A DNA stretch of 64,000 bases from Mobula hypostoma (Eukaryota), in the NCBI RefSeq assembly GCF_963921235.1, contig NC_086097.1, forward strand, positions 102,302,001-102,366,000, in the 5' to 3' direction. The translations under genes were made by a program, and so were the position numbers. Under the pieces are notes generated by a model. That model made no database searches and was not told the DNA's origin. It worked only from the letters and a program-made list of their open reading frames with translations. Positions 25,603 to 39,500 of this stretch are shown in pieces; the stretch's first letter is position 1, and the number at the start of each line of letters is the position of its first letter.

Positions 25603-27849
25603 CTAGTGTATTTAATATTTCAGTAATATGAGTAATTTTGTAAATATATTTGATTAAGCATTCTTGGTTGTTTACATAATTCAATATGGGTTATGTAAAA
25701 GTATGTGAATGGCACACATCATTATGCCACTATGTCATATGTACACATTCACTAGGGTAAAGTAGACAAAATGTGTCCCAGCTTTCATGCTTTTCTTTCG
25801 ATTAGATTTTGGACATACAAAGGATACCAGTGGCAATGAGGAAGTTCTACAACAAACTGAGACGACTACCTATCTGTTGAAGTGCAGCAAAACTTTTGAG
25901 TTAAAAAAAAATACTGCAGTCTTCATAAGTAGAGAAAGACTCCAGAGTTTTTATTTTAAAAAAGCAGAAAGTACTGTATACGAAATTCACGAGTTCATAA
26001 ACATCGAGTACAGGGGTGATAATAAATAAATAACCTGAGATGGCTGGTTACACCAGAAGGTAGGTGCATTTGATTGCACAATTAGGTTATGTATACTCAT
26101 CAAATTGAACAGTATTTTAAAGCAAATGGGACAGCCACTGAGAAATGAGTAAGTGTTGCTGAGTGCGTTGGCTGGAAAAGCATTGGTTAGAAGTTTGACT
26201 GCACCAACCAAACCAGCTGAAATGAAAGTAATGCAGGAACATTTAGAACCAAAACCGTTGTTGATTGCAGATTGTTTTAGGTTTCATAAGCAGAATCAAA
26301 ATGAAGAGGAGTCCATTTCAGCTTGTATGGCTGAAGCGAATTAATTGTCTGAGTGTAGTGATGTCAGTTCAGTAATGGGCTTAATGGTGCACTGACAGAT
26401 CATTTAGTTTGTGGAATCTTGCAAGAAAACATTCAAAAATAGCTCCTAACTGAAGCACAACTCCCATTTTAAAAAAGCAGTTGCAATCACTATCAATGGA
26501 AATAGCGGACAAGGACAATTGAGAGTGAACAAAAATTGCAATGTCTAAATAGAAACATGCCTGTGTGAACAGATTCCTTTCCTTTCCTGTGACAGGGGCT
26601 CACATAAATACAGGTTTAAAGGTAAATCTGGCAGAAATGTAACAAAGTAGAACACATACAAAGAGCATGATGGGCAGACAAAAATAAATGGATTGCATAG
26701 GGAAAAGATAAGTCAAATCAGCAGCTTCAAAAAGAGCACTAATCTGTACACTTGATGAGAGACCTAATAATCTGAGAGTGGCACAGGGTGGGATAGCCTT
26801 GAGACTGATGATGTGAAAACTAACAATAGACAAGGAATATGGCTTACACCAAAAGTGAATAAATTAATTAAAATTGAATTGGACACTGGCTGTGCTGTTA
26901 CAGCCATTCCACAAAATGAGGTTGAACAGCATTTCAAAGATACTGAACTAAAGTCTGCAGATATCCAATGAAGAACTTACACTGGAGAAAAGATAACTCC
27001 TGTGGGAATGACATTTGTAACAGTGAAATATAACAACCAACAAGCCATATTGTGCTTGTGTGTGATAAAAACAGGAGGGCCAGCATTGTGGGGTCATGAT
27101 CGGTTGAATCAACTACAGCTTAATTGTCAATCCAGCCCCTATAATAGAATCAACTGAAAACGAATTAAGAAGGGTACTGGGTGATGCTACGGTAGTGTTC
27201 AAGGATGGCATTGGAAAACTCAAACGTTTCAAGGGCAAAATAGTGTTAAATGAAAATGCCGCAACCAAGTATTACAAAGCCCATCTGGTTCCTTATACCA
27301 CCCGTGATAAAGTAGCCAGTGAGCTAGATCACATTGAGGCAGAAGGAATTCCTTCCAAGGTTGGGTGGAGCCCATGAGCAATACCAGTGGTCCCTGTAGT
27401 CATGAAGAATGGGACTGTCAGGATCTGGGTGAGTTTTAAGGTCACCATAAACCCAGTACTGCAGGTAGATCAATATCCTCTGCTCAGGATAGAGGGTATC
27501 TTTGCAAATTGTTCTGGAGGGAAATACCATCAAAGTGGACTCAGCTGAGGCCTATCTACCGAAGGCAATGGAAGAAGAGTCCAAAGTGTTTGTCACCATA
27601 AACACTCACAAAGGGCTTTATCACTATAATAGGCTTATTTTTTGAGGAACATCTGCACCTGCAGTCTGGCAAAAAACCATGGACCAGGTGCAGCAAGGCT
27701 GCCAGACGTTAGTATTACCCGAATGATATCATTGTTAATCGGTGAGGATGATAAGGAACATAGAACATCTCCAAAATCTCAAGACAGTGTTTAAAAAATA
27801 AGATATGGCTAAGAACATGGTGCAATAAGTGTGAGTTCTTTAAACTTTT

Positions 27850-29065
27850 TCAGAGGCTTGTGACTTTTTAGAGCAGCTTGTGTTTGAGCCTACTCAGGGA
27901 AAGGCTATCTTAGATTGGGTGTTGAGTAATAGCCCAGATCTTATTAGGGAACTTAATGTAAAGGGACCCTTAGGAAGCACTGATCATAATATGATTGAAT
28001 TCATACTGCAATTTGAGAGGGAGAGAAGTCAGATGTGTCAGTATCACAATGGAATAAAGGGAATTAGAGGCATGAGAGAGCAGCTTGTCAAGGTGGACTG
28101 GAGGAGGATACTGGCGGAGATGGCTGAGGTTTCTGGGAATAGTTCACAAGGTGCAGGATAGATATGTCCCACAGAAGATGTAGTTCTCAAATAAGCAGGG
28201 GTAGGCAACCATGGCTGACAAGGGAAGTTAAGGACTGCATAAAAGCCAAGGAAAAGGTATGTAAGGTAGCAAAAGTGGGTGGGAAGTTGGATGATTGGGA
28301 AGCTTTTAAAATCCAACAAAAGGCAACTAAAAAGCTATTAGAAGGGAAAAGATGAATATGAGGGCAAACTAGCCAATAATATAAAGCAGGATACTAAAGG
28401 TTTTTTCATTTATATAAAGAGTAAAAGGAAGGTGAGAGTTGATATTGGACCACTGGAAAATGATGCTGGTGAGATAGTAATGGGGAACAAAGAAATGGTA
28501 GATGAACTTAATGAGTACTTTACATCAGTCTTCACTGTGGAAGACACTAGCAGCGTGCCAGAGAGCAGGAGAGATGCTTCCATTGTTATTACAAAGGAAA
28601 AAGTGCGAGGCAGATTCGGGTGGATAAGTCACCTGGACCAGATGGACCACATCCCAGAGCCCTGAGAGAGGTTGCTGACGAGATTGATCATGATCTTTCA
28701 AGAATCACTTGATTCTGGCATGGTCCCGGAGAACTGGAAGATTGCAAATGTCACTCCACTCTTTAAGTGGGGAGGAAAACAAAAGAAAGGAAATTAAATG
28801 CTAGGTAGTCTAACCTCGGTAGTTGGGGAATTTCTGGGGCCTATTATTAAGGATGAGGTTTTGAGGTACTTGGAGACTAATGATAAAATAAGTCAGAGTC
28901 AGCATGGTTTCTGTAAAGGGAAATCTTGGCTGACAAATCTGTTAGTGTTCTTCGAGGAAGCAATAAGTAGGGTGGACAAATGAGAGGGGGTATCCACAAC
29001 TAGGGGACACAGCCTGAAAATTGAAGGGCGACTTTTTAGAACAGAGATAAGGAGGATTTTTTTTT
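27850..29065 (+). mobile_element. CR1 LINE fragment (EN to RT, internally deleted) inside the Gypsy
   Basis: LGSTDHNMIEF, RQPWLTREVK, NEYFTSVFT, SQHGFCKGKSWLTNL, then a jump to the TRGHSLK 3' region. Confidence 0.85.
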
Positions 29066-29070
29066 AGCAC

Positions 29071-32000
29071 AAGACAGCAAGACATAGGAGCAGAATTAGG
29101 CCATTTGGCCCATACAGTCTGCTCCGCCATTCAATCATGGCTGACCCTTTTTCCCATCCTCAGCCCCATTCTCTGCCTTCTCCCTGTAACCTTTGATGCT
29201 GTGTCCAATCAACAACCTATCAATCTCTGCCTTAAATGCATCCAACGACCTGGCCTCTACAGCTGCCTGTGGTAATAAATTCTACAAACTCACCACCCTC
29301 TGGCTAAAGAAATTCTCTGCATCTCTGTCTTAATTGGATGCCTCTCAATCCTGAGGCTGTGCCCTGTTGTCCTATACTCCCCAAACATGGGAAACAACCT
29401 TTCCACATCAACTCTGTCTAGGCCTTTCAACATTCGAAAGGTTTCAATGGGATCCCACCTCATTCTTAGTTCCAGTGAGTACAAACCCAGAGGCATCAAA
29501 AGTTCCTCGTATGACAACCCTTTCATTCCCAGAATCATCCTTGTAAATCTTCTCTGAATTCTCTCCAATGACAGCACATCTTTTCTTAGATGAGGAGCCC
29601 AAAAACTGTTCACAATACTCAAGGTGAGGCCTCACCAGGGCTGAATAAAGCCTCAGCATCACATTCCCTGCAAGTTAACCTGCAGTCCCAACGCCGACCC
29701 CTGCGGAACACCACCAGTCACCGGCAGTCAACCAGAAAAGGATCCTCTTATTCCCACTCGCTGCCTCCTACCAATGCTCTAACCAGGCCAGTAACTTTCC
29801 TATAATACCATGGGCTCTTAACTTGGTAAGCAGCCTCATGTGTGGCACCTTGTCAAAGGCCTTCTGAAAGTCCAAATATATAACATCCACTGCATCCCCT
29901 TTATCTATCCTACTTGTAATCTCCTCAAAGAATTCCAACAGGTTTATCAGGCAAGACTTTCCCTTGAGGAAACCATGCTGACTTTGTCCTATCTTGTCTT
30001 GTGTCACCAAGTATTCCATAACCTCTTCCTTAACAAATGACTCCAATATGTTCCTAACCACTGAGGCCAGGCTAACTAGTCTAGAATTTCCTTTCTGCTG
30101 CCTTCCTCCTTTCTTAAAGAGTGCAGTGACATCTGCAATTTTCCAGTCCTCTGGCACCATGCCAAAGCCCAATGATTTTTGAAAGATCATTACTAATGCC
30201 ACCACAATCTCTAACTCTACCTCCTTCAGAACCCTAGGGTGCAGTTCCTCTGGTCCCGGTGACTTACGTACCTTTAGGTCTTTCAGCTTTTTGAGCACCT
30301 TCTCCCTTGTAATAGTAACTGCACTCACTTCTCTTCCCTCACACATTACAGCATCAGGCACATTGCTAGTGCCTTCCATAGTGAAAACTGATGCAAATCA
30401 CTCATTTAATTCATCTGCCATTTCCTTGTCCCTTGTTATTATTTCTCCAGCCTCATTTTCTAGCGATCCTATGTCCACTCTCATCTCTTTTTTATTTTTT
30501 ACATACTTGAAGAAGCTTTTACTATCCACTTTGATGTTGTTTGTTAGCTTGCTTTCATATTTAATATTTTCCCTCCTAATAATTCTTTTACTTGCTCTCT
30601 GTAGGGTTTTAAAAGCTTCCCAATCCCCTGTCTTCCCACTATTTTTTGCTTTGTTGTATGCCCTCTCTTTTGCTTTTACATTAGCTTTGACTTCACTTGT
30701 CAGCCACGGTTGTACTAATTTGCCATTTGAGTATTTCTTCATTTTTGGAATACATCTATCCTGCACCTTCCTCATTTTCCCAGAAACTCAAGCCATTGCT
30801 GTTCTGCTGTCATCCCTGCCAGCAGCTCTTCCAATTTACTTTGGCCAACTCCTCACCGTAATTTCCTACCATTGTAACTTCCTTTACTCCACTGAAATAC
30901 TGCTGCATCAGATCTTACTCTCTTCCTATCAAATTTCAAGTTGATCTCAATCATATTGTGATCACTGCCTCCTAAGGGTTCTTTTACTTTAAGCTCCCAA
31001 ATCACCTCCAGTTCATTACATGACACCTAATCCAGAACAGCTGATCCTCTAGTGTTGTCAACAACAAACTGCTCTAAAAAGCCATCTCATCGGCATTCAA
31101 CAAACTCACTCTCTTGAGATCCATTTCCAACCTGATTTTCCCAGTCAACCTGCATTTTGAAATCTCCCATGACTATCATAACATTTCCCTTTTGACATGC
31201 CTTTTCTATCTCTTGTTGTAATCTGTGGTCCACATCCCAGCTACTGTTGGAAGGCCTGTATATAACTGCCATCTGGGTGCTGGACCCTTGCAATATCTTG
31301 ACCCAACCTACAAGGATTCAACATCTTCTGATCCTATGTCACATATTTCTACTGATTTGATGCCATTCTTTACCAGTAGAGCCACGTCACCCCCACTGCC
31401 GACCTTCCCATCCCTCCGATATAACGTGTAACCTTGAACCTAACTGCAACCATCCTTCAGCCACGATTCAGTGATGGCCACAACATCATACTTGACAATC
31501 AGTAATAGTGCAATAAGATCATCCACCTTATTTCTTATACTCCGTGCACTGGGATATAACACTTCGAGTACTGCATTCGCTGCTCTTTTTGATTTTGTAT
31601 TCCTAATGCACTAATTTTGTCCTATCATCTGCCTGCCCTTCCTGATGGTCTGACTGCAAGTTATCTTTGTTTTTTTACCATCTGTCCTATCCTGAGTCCC
31701 ATCATTCTGGTTCCTACCCCCCTGCCAAATTAGTTTAAACCCTCCCCAACAGCTCTAACAAACCTGCCTGCGAATATATTGGTTTCCCTCAGGTTCAGGT
31801 GCAACCCATTCCTTTTATACAGGTCATACCTCCCCAGAAGAGATCCCAATGATCTAAGAACCTGAAGCCCTGCCCCCTGCACCAGCATCTCAACCATGCA
31901 TTAATTTGCCAAATCATCCTGTTTCTGCCCTCACATGCATGTGGCACAGGCAGCAGTCCAGAAATTACTACCCGGGAGGTCCTGCTTCTCAGTTTTCTGC

Positions 32001-32800
32001 CTAGCTCTCTAAATTCACTTTTCAGGACCGCTTTGCTTTTCCTTCCTATGTCATTGGTACCAATATGTACCAAGACATCTGGCTGCTCTCCCTCCTTCTC
32101 CAAAATGTTGTGGACACGATCTGAGATATATCTGACCCCGGCAACATACCATTTGGGTGTCCTGGTCATGTCCACAGAATCTCCTGTCTGTTCCCCTCAC
32201 TATTGAGCCCCTATCTCCCATGCTATCTCCACTCCCCTCTTCTCCCATGCTCAGTGCCAGTAACCTGGTCTCCGTGGCATTCCTCCAGGAGGTCATCCCC
32301 AACAGCACTTATTATTGATGGGAATGGCACAAGGGTGCTCTGTGCTAACTGCCTCTTCACATTTCCATTTCTCCCGACAGTCACCCAGCTACCTGCCTCC
32401 CGCAACTTCTCTGTAATTCTGATCGATTATCTCCCCAATCTCCCATACAAGCCAAAGGTCACCCAGCTGCACCTGGATGCACTTTACGCAGATGTAATGC
32501 CCTGGGAGACTCAGTGCCTCCCAGAACTCCAACATCCGGCATGAAGAACACACACATTTACTACACTAGGTGGGATAAGAGAAAAGAAGAAAAGAAGGGA
32601 ACCCTTACAGAAACTTACCGAGAGCCAACGCCTCTTTTGAGCTGAAGTCTCCTTTGAGCCAAAGCCTGACACTCCCATTCTCACCACTGGCCCACTCCCA
32701 ATAATGGCCGCCCTGCTTGTCCCTGCTGCACTTTCAAACAAGTGTCGCTGACCTGCGAGAAACCTCATCGCTGTGGCCTGTTCCTGTTGCTGATTGGGCC
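29071..32800 (-). mobile_element. Near full-length CR1 (5'UTR, SGNH-esterase ORF1, EN, RT with core deletion)
   Basis: ORF1 motifs VHIGTND, FRFLDHWDLFW (31795-32175); EN/RT fragments 29768-31293; 3' end at 29071. Confidence 0.9.
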
Positions 32801-33555
32801 GTTGGAATTGATAGAGCAGACTTGAGTCTGGTTTGGGGTATGAAATATTTCAACCGGTGCATGCATGGGAGAGAGTTTACCCTCATTACTGATAATTAAC
32901 CACTGGTGTCCATTCTCACTCCACTAACAGCGGCAGCATGAGTACAGAGATGGGCTTCGTTTCCTGGAGGACACGATTACAAGATTGGATTCAAGAGGAC
33001 AACTAATCATGGGGCTGCTGAGGGATTGTCCCGATTACCCTTTGGAAAGGAGATACCTGGGACATTTACAGAAGAGGACGCTCCCTTTGGGATTTTCTCC
33101 TTAATGCAAAGTGAAAATCTCCTCTAGTAATGGCAGATATGATTCAAAGGGAAATCAGAAAAGACCACACCACACTGTCTCAGGTCTTCACGGCCACTCA
33201 AAATGGCTAAAAAGTGCAGCACAAATTCCAGTTCTCCCATTTTTACCAGTGCTGGGATGAACTTGCCCTTGACAGGGGTTGCCTTACGTGGGGATTGAGA
33301 GTTGTTGTACCATCTAAGCTGAGAGCCAGAGTGTTGGAGGGTCTACATGTCGGTCATCTAAGCATGGTAAAAATTAAAGTGTTGGCTCAAAGCTTTTTCT
33401 GGTGGCCTGGGATAGATCAGCAGATCGAGCAGCTTGTCATGCATTGTGCGGGATGCCAAAACATCCAGAAGATGTCAAGAACAGTTCTTATACCTCCCTG
33501 GGAATAGCCTGCATTGCCCTGGCAGAGGATTCATGTGGATTTTTTTTTCACCATA

Positions 33556-34968
33556 TCAAGGTAACAGCTTTTTCAGGTATGTAAAAACTAAAATAAGGAT
33601 GAGAGTGGATATAGAATCGCTAGAAAGTGAGGCCGGAGAAATAATAATGAGGGACAAGGAGATGGCAGATGAACTAAATGAGTATTTTGAATCAGTCTTC
33701 ACTGTGGAAGACACTAGCATATGTGTGAAGGAAGAAAAGTGAGTACAGTTACTATTACAAGGGAGAAGGTGCTCAAAAAGCTGAAAGACCCAAGGGTACA
33801 TAAATCACCCGGACCAGATGAACTGCACCCTAGGGTTCTGAAAAAGGTAGAGTTAGAGATTGTAGTGGCATTAGTAATAATATTTCAAAATCATTGGACT
33901 CTGGCAAGGTACCAGAGGACAGGAAAATTGCAAATATCACTGCACTCTTTAAGAAAGGAGAAAGGCAGCAGAAAGGAAATTATAGACCAGTTAGCCTGAC
34001 CTCAGTGGTTGGGAAGATGTTGGAGTCAATTGTTAAGGATGAGGTTGTGGAGTACTTGATGACACAGGACAAGATAGGATAAAGTCAGCATGGTTTCCTT
34101 AAGGGTAAATCTTGCCTGACAAACCTATTGGAATTCTTTGAGAAGATTACAAGTAGGATAGATAAAGGGGATGTAGTGGATGTTGTATATTTGGACTTTC
34201 AGAAGGCCTTTGACAAGGTGCCACACATGAGGCTGCTTACCAAGTTAAGAGTCCATATATTACAGGGAAGTTACTGGCATGATTAGAGCATTGGCTGATT
34301 GGTAGGAGGCAGTGAGTGGTATCCTTTTCTGATTGACTGCCAGGGACTAGTGGTGTTCTGCAGGGGTTGGTGTTGGGACTGCAGGTTAAGTTGCAGGGGA
34401 TGTGATGCTGAGGTTTTATTTGGCCCTGGTGAGGCCTCATCTTGAGTATTGTGAACAATTTTGGGCTCCTCATCTAAGTAAAGACGTGCTGGCATTGGAG
34501 AGGGTCCAGAGGTTATTCACAAGGATGATTCCGGGAATGAAAGGGTTATCATACGAGGAATGTTTGATGGCTCTGGGTCTGTACTCACTGGAATTCAGAA
34601 GGATGAGGGTGGCGGGGGGGTGAGTCTCATTGAAACCTTTCAAATGTTGAAAGGTCTGGACAGAGTAGATGTGGAAAGGATGTTTCCCATGGTGGGGGAA
34701 TCTAGGACAAGAGGGCACAGCCTCAGGATAGAGGGGCATCATTTACAACAGAAATGTGGAGAAATTTCTTTAGCCAGAGGGTGGTGAATTTGTGGAATAT
34801 GATATCACAGGCAGTTGTGGAGGCCAGGTCGTTGGGTGTATTTAAGGCAGAAATTGATAGATTCTTGATTGGACTTGGGGCTGAGGAGGGAGAAAAAGGA
34901 CCATCCATGATTGAGTGGTGGAGCAGACTTGATGGGCCAAATGGCCTAATTCTGCTCCTATATCGTAT
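33556..34968 (+). mobile_element. 5'-truncated CR1 of the same deleted subfamily as 29071-32800
   Basis: NYRPVSLTSVVGK, YLDFQKAFDK, RPHLEYCEQFW; deletion junction GTTGGGACTGCAGGTTAAGTTGCAGGGGATGTGATG. Confidence 0.9.
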
Positions 34969-36000
34969 GGTGTGTATATGTGTTGTGTATTTAATATTTA
35001 TATCGTTTGATTAAGCATTCTTGTTTGTTTACATAATCCATCATGGTTTATATATAAGAGTACGTGAATGGCATTTCACCACCATGTCATATGTGCACGC
35101 CTCACTAAAGTAAAACAAAGTAGACAAAATGTGTCTCTGCTCTCGTGTTTCTCCTTTGATTAGTTTTTGGATTTATGAAACATGAATTCTAGGACCGGGG
35201 GGCACAGGCTCAGAACACAAGGATGTTCCTTTAGACCAGAGATGAGGAGGAATTTCTTTAGCCAGAGGGTGATGAATCCGTGCCAGAAATTCCCAAGCAG
35301 CTACAGCCTACTTCATCATTGACCTTCCATCATAACATCGGAGATCAGAAAGTTTTATAATTCAACAAGGTTCTTTCTATTTCAAGCTCCTTGGCAAATG
35401 AGGGAGTTCATGCCTGCATATAACAGGACTGAGCTGGCACTCAGGCAAACATTGGCAGACTGACATCACACAGGTGCCAGGTAGTGATAATTTCGAGAGA
35501 CTCTAACGACTAATCTTTCACATAATCACTGAGCTCCCCCGTTAGCAATATTCTCAAATCACCCTAAATTCAACACCGGACCAGCCATGTGAACACTAGG
35601 CTTAAAGATAAGGTTAGTTATCTTTGTTGGATGCTCAGTGAAAGCCATTATTGTCACTGGATCCAAACCCTGGAACCCTCTCTCTCCAAAGCACTTTGGA
35701 CAGAAGGATTGCAACAATATCAGACAATTCATTGTCACATTGTCACAGGCACCTAGGAATGGACAATTTCTTTCCATCAATGTCCAGCTTTTCAAGAAAT
35801 AAATATATGTAAATATATTTATAGAATAATTAGCTTTTAGTCTTGGAGTGCAAGTTCAATAGCATGACTTTTAACTACAGTGTACCCGTAGTTGATTCTG
35901 GCTGTTTTCCTTTCTATATCGATGATAAATTGAACCCAAAGAAAGCTTTGTTTGTAAGCTGGAGCAGTTATGCTGGTGGTGTACATTATATCGATTAGAT

Positions 36001-36578
36001 GTCGGGAAAACATTTCTATTTCCTGAGGAGACTGAGGTCCTTTAACATCTGTCGGACGATGCTGAGGATGTTCTATGAGTCTGTGGTGGCCAGTGCTATC
36101 ATGTTTGCTGTTGTGTGCTGGGGCAGCAGGCTGAGGGTAGCAGACACCAACAGAATCAACAAACTCATTCGTAAGGCCAGTGATGTTGTGGGGATGGAAC
36201 TGGACTCTCTGATGGTGGTGTCTGAAAAGAGGATGCTGTCCAAGTTGCATGCTATCTTGGACAATGCCTCCCATCCACTGCATAATGTACTGGTTGGGCA
36301 CAGGAGTACATTCAGCCAGAGACTCATTCCACCGAGATGCAGCACAGAGCGTCACAGAAAGTCATTCCTGCCTGTGACCATCAAACTTTACAACTCCTCC
36401 CTTGGAGGGTCAGACACCCTGAGCCAATAGGCTGGTCCTGGACTTATTTCCTGGCATAATTTACGTATTGCTGTTTAATTATTTATGGTTTTATTACTAT
36501 TTAATTACTTATGGTGCAACTGTAACGAAAACCAATTTCCTTCGGGATCAATAAAGTACGACTATGACTATGACTATG
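36001..36578 (+). mobile_element. Rex1/Babar-like LINE 3' end
   Basis: ORF 35999-36430 FYFLRRLRSF...FYESVVASAI..CWG...HPLH...RKSFLP; AATAAAG followed by a (ACTATG)n tail. Confidence 0.85.
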
Positions 36579-38194
36579 TCCCAGATTTCTGTCATGAATC
36601 TGTTTTTCTTCTGCCTGATGTATGGCTCTAGAATTGTAAGATGGCAGCTGTTCCTACAGTTTATTTTGACTGTGATAACCTAAACGACACCTGTTCATGG
36701 CCTATTCAAAATGGCACAGAAATATTCAGGTGTGCTGTGCTTAATAATAACAAAAATTAGTTATAGCCATTTTGATATCTATCATTTCACAACAACAATG
36801 TACACTTTCTTTTAAAGCGGTAAAATGCCCAAGGTAATTCACAGGAAAGTAAGCAGTCAAAATTATTTGAAATCTCTGACCCATGCCTGAGCCCGCTAAG
36901 GCCAGCCGTCGCATCACTGGCTAGGTTGAAGATAGAATGGAATGGAAGATGATCCTGCAGAAATCCCACTGAACTTCCTATTTATTTTAATAGGTTTTAA
37001 ATAAGTGGATAGCACTCTCACCCAAGTTCTATTTGTACTCCTCTTTAAATGGTCTTTGTTTTGATTAACAGGAACGAGAATTTTTGCTGGGATCGGTTTT
37101 TAAGGAAATATTATTGTGGTATACAGGACTGGGTCTAAGTCATCATGGATTCAGAAAATGGGTATGGATTTTCAGAAAACTTTTTATTAAAACAGATGAC
37201 ATTAGAGATAATACACTTCATGGATTGTGTCCTGTAGCCCCAGCTGTTGGCAATCTATTACCAACAATGACACTGCTTGGCCATGTGCAGATGATCCTTG
37301 GCAGTAGACAGAGTCAGTACAGATCAACAGATTTTTGTATGATCATGGAGAAGAGGGTTAAGATCAGCTATGATTTTATCGAATGGAACAGCAGGCAAGA
37401 GGGACCAAATAACTTACTATTTATAATGTTCTGAAATTGGTCTTGCTACACAGTAGACCCTTTATTTTGAGCCAAGTCATACGTCCCACCTCACCTCTAA
37501 CTCGATAACTAATGTTTATAAAAGGACAGATCTAATTGCCTCAAATTATCCCCATGTAAAAGTTTTCAGATTGCTTGCAAGTAGCCTTCAGGCATGTTCT
37601 GAGATTGTGAAAGACTCCGTAATTGCAAACAGAGGCAATTATTTTGATAATTCATTCGATTTGATCTAAAAGAGTTAAGTTGAGCAATTTATAAATCTCT
37701 TTTAAATTTAATTTGTAATATAGTAATTGTATCCAGAACAGAAGTAGAAAGTATTGGAAAAGCACAGATCAACATTGGCAAGAGGAATATGAAATAAAGA
37801 CACTAATTCTGCAAATTCCGGATACACATAAAATGCTTGTACTCCTTATCCCGCGCCCCCCCATCCTTATATTCTGTCTTCTTCCCCCTTCCCTTCTAAT
37901 TCCGATGAAGCACCTCAGCCCGAAATGTCTCCACAGTTGCTGCCTGACCTGCTGAATTCACTTTACTTTGCCTGGTAGGTGTCAAGAATGCTTAGGATCC
38001 AGAGATAATGTCACTCAGCTGCTGATTTCCAGCATTTTGTGTGTTACACAGGGATAAAGAATAAACCCTTTTATTTGTAAGTTTCTGATGATCATCTTTC
38101 AGATGATGGCTGACCTGTATAATTCCAGAATTTTTAAATTTTTATTTCAAATACTGATTATTTTTATTAATGTATTATAAACATATACCAAGCA

Positions 38195-39500
38195 TTGCCT
38201 TAATGTCTATTGCCCGGTAGCACTCACATCTACAGTGATGAAATGCTTTGAGAGGTTGGTTATGATGAGACTGAACTTCTGCCTCAGCAAGGACCTGGAC
38301 CCATTGCAATTTGCCTATAGCTACAATAGGTCAACGGCAGATGCAATCTTAATGGTTCTTCACACGGCTTTAGACCACCTGGACAATACGAAGACCTATG
38401 TCAGGATGCTGTTCATCGGCTATACGTAGCTCAGCATTTAACACCATCATTCCCACGATCCTAACTGAGAAGTTGCAGAACCTGGGCCTCTGTACCTCTC
38501 TCTGCAATTGGATCCTTGACTTCCTATTTGGAAGACCTCAGCTGGTGCGGATTGGTGATATCTCCTCCTCGCTGGTGATCAAAACTGGTGCACCTCAGAG
38601 GTGTGTGCTTAGCCCACTGCTCTATTCTCTCTATACCCATGACTGTGTGGCTAGGCATAACCCAAATACCATCTGTAAATTTGCTGATGATACAACCATT
38701 GTTGGTAGAATTTCAGGTGGTGACGAGAGGGTGTACAGGAGTGAGATATGCCAACTAGTGGAGTGGTGCCACAGCAACAACCTGACTCTCAATGTCAATA
38801 AGACAAAAGAGCTGATTGTGGACTTCAGGAAGGGTAAGATGAAGGAACACATACCAATCCTCATAGAGGGATCAGAAGTGGAGAGAATGAGCAGCTTCAA
38901 GTTCCTGGGTGTCAAGATCTCTGAGGACCTAACCTGGTCCCAACATATCAATGCATTTATAAAGAAGGCAAGACAGCGACTATATTAAGAGTTTGAAGAG
39001 ATTTGGTATGTCAACAAATACACTCAAAGTCTTCTGTAGATGTACCATGGAGAACATTCTGAGAGGCTGCATCACTGTCTGGTATGGAGGGGGGGGGGCT
39101 ACTGCACAGGACTGAAAGAAACTGCAGAGGGTTGTAAATTTAGTCAGCTCCATCTTGGATATTAGCCTACAAAGTACCCAGGACATCTTCAAGGAGTGGT
39201 GTATCGGAAAGGCAGTGTCCATTATTAAGGAGATACAGAAGCCTGAAGGCACACACTCAGTGATTCAGGAACAGCTTCTTCCCCTCTGCCATCCGATTCA
39301 TAAATGGACATTGAACCCATGAACACTACCTTGCTTTTTTAATATACAATTATTTCTATTTTTTGTACAATTTTAATCTATTCAATAAATTTATTTATTT
39401 ATTATTATTTTATTTTTATTTTTCTTATTCTATGTTATGTATTGCATTGAATGCTGTTGTGAAGTTAACAAATCTCACGACACATGCCGGTGATTCTGAT
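38195..39500 (+). mobile_element. Rex1/Babar-like LINE, 5'-truncated
   Basis: [57 protein letters not shown]. Confidence 0.9.

Larger units (their letters stand above)
25603..35184 (+). mobile_element. Decayed Gypsy/Ty3 LTR retrotransposon interrupted by three CR1 LINEs
   Basis: Related LTRs at ~25603-25829 and 34981-35184, PBS-like TGGCAATGAGG at 25831. Gag (HLEPKPLLIADCFRFHKQNQ), protease LDTG (~26880), RT (27200-27840), RNase H (EFTLITD, 32810-33040), integrase Zn (LHVGH...WWPGIDQQIE...CAGCQ...PWQRIHVDF, 33214-33545). LTR edges approximate. Confidence 0.85.
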
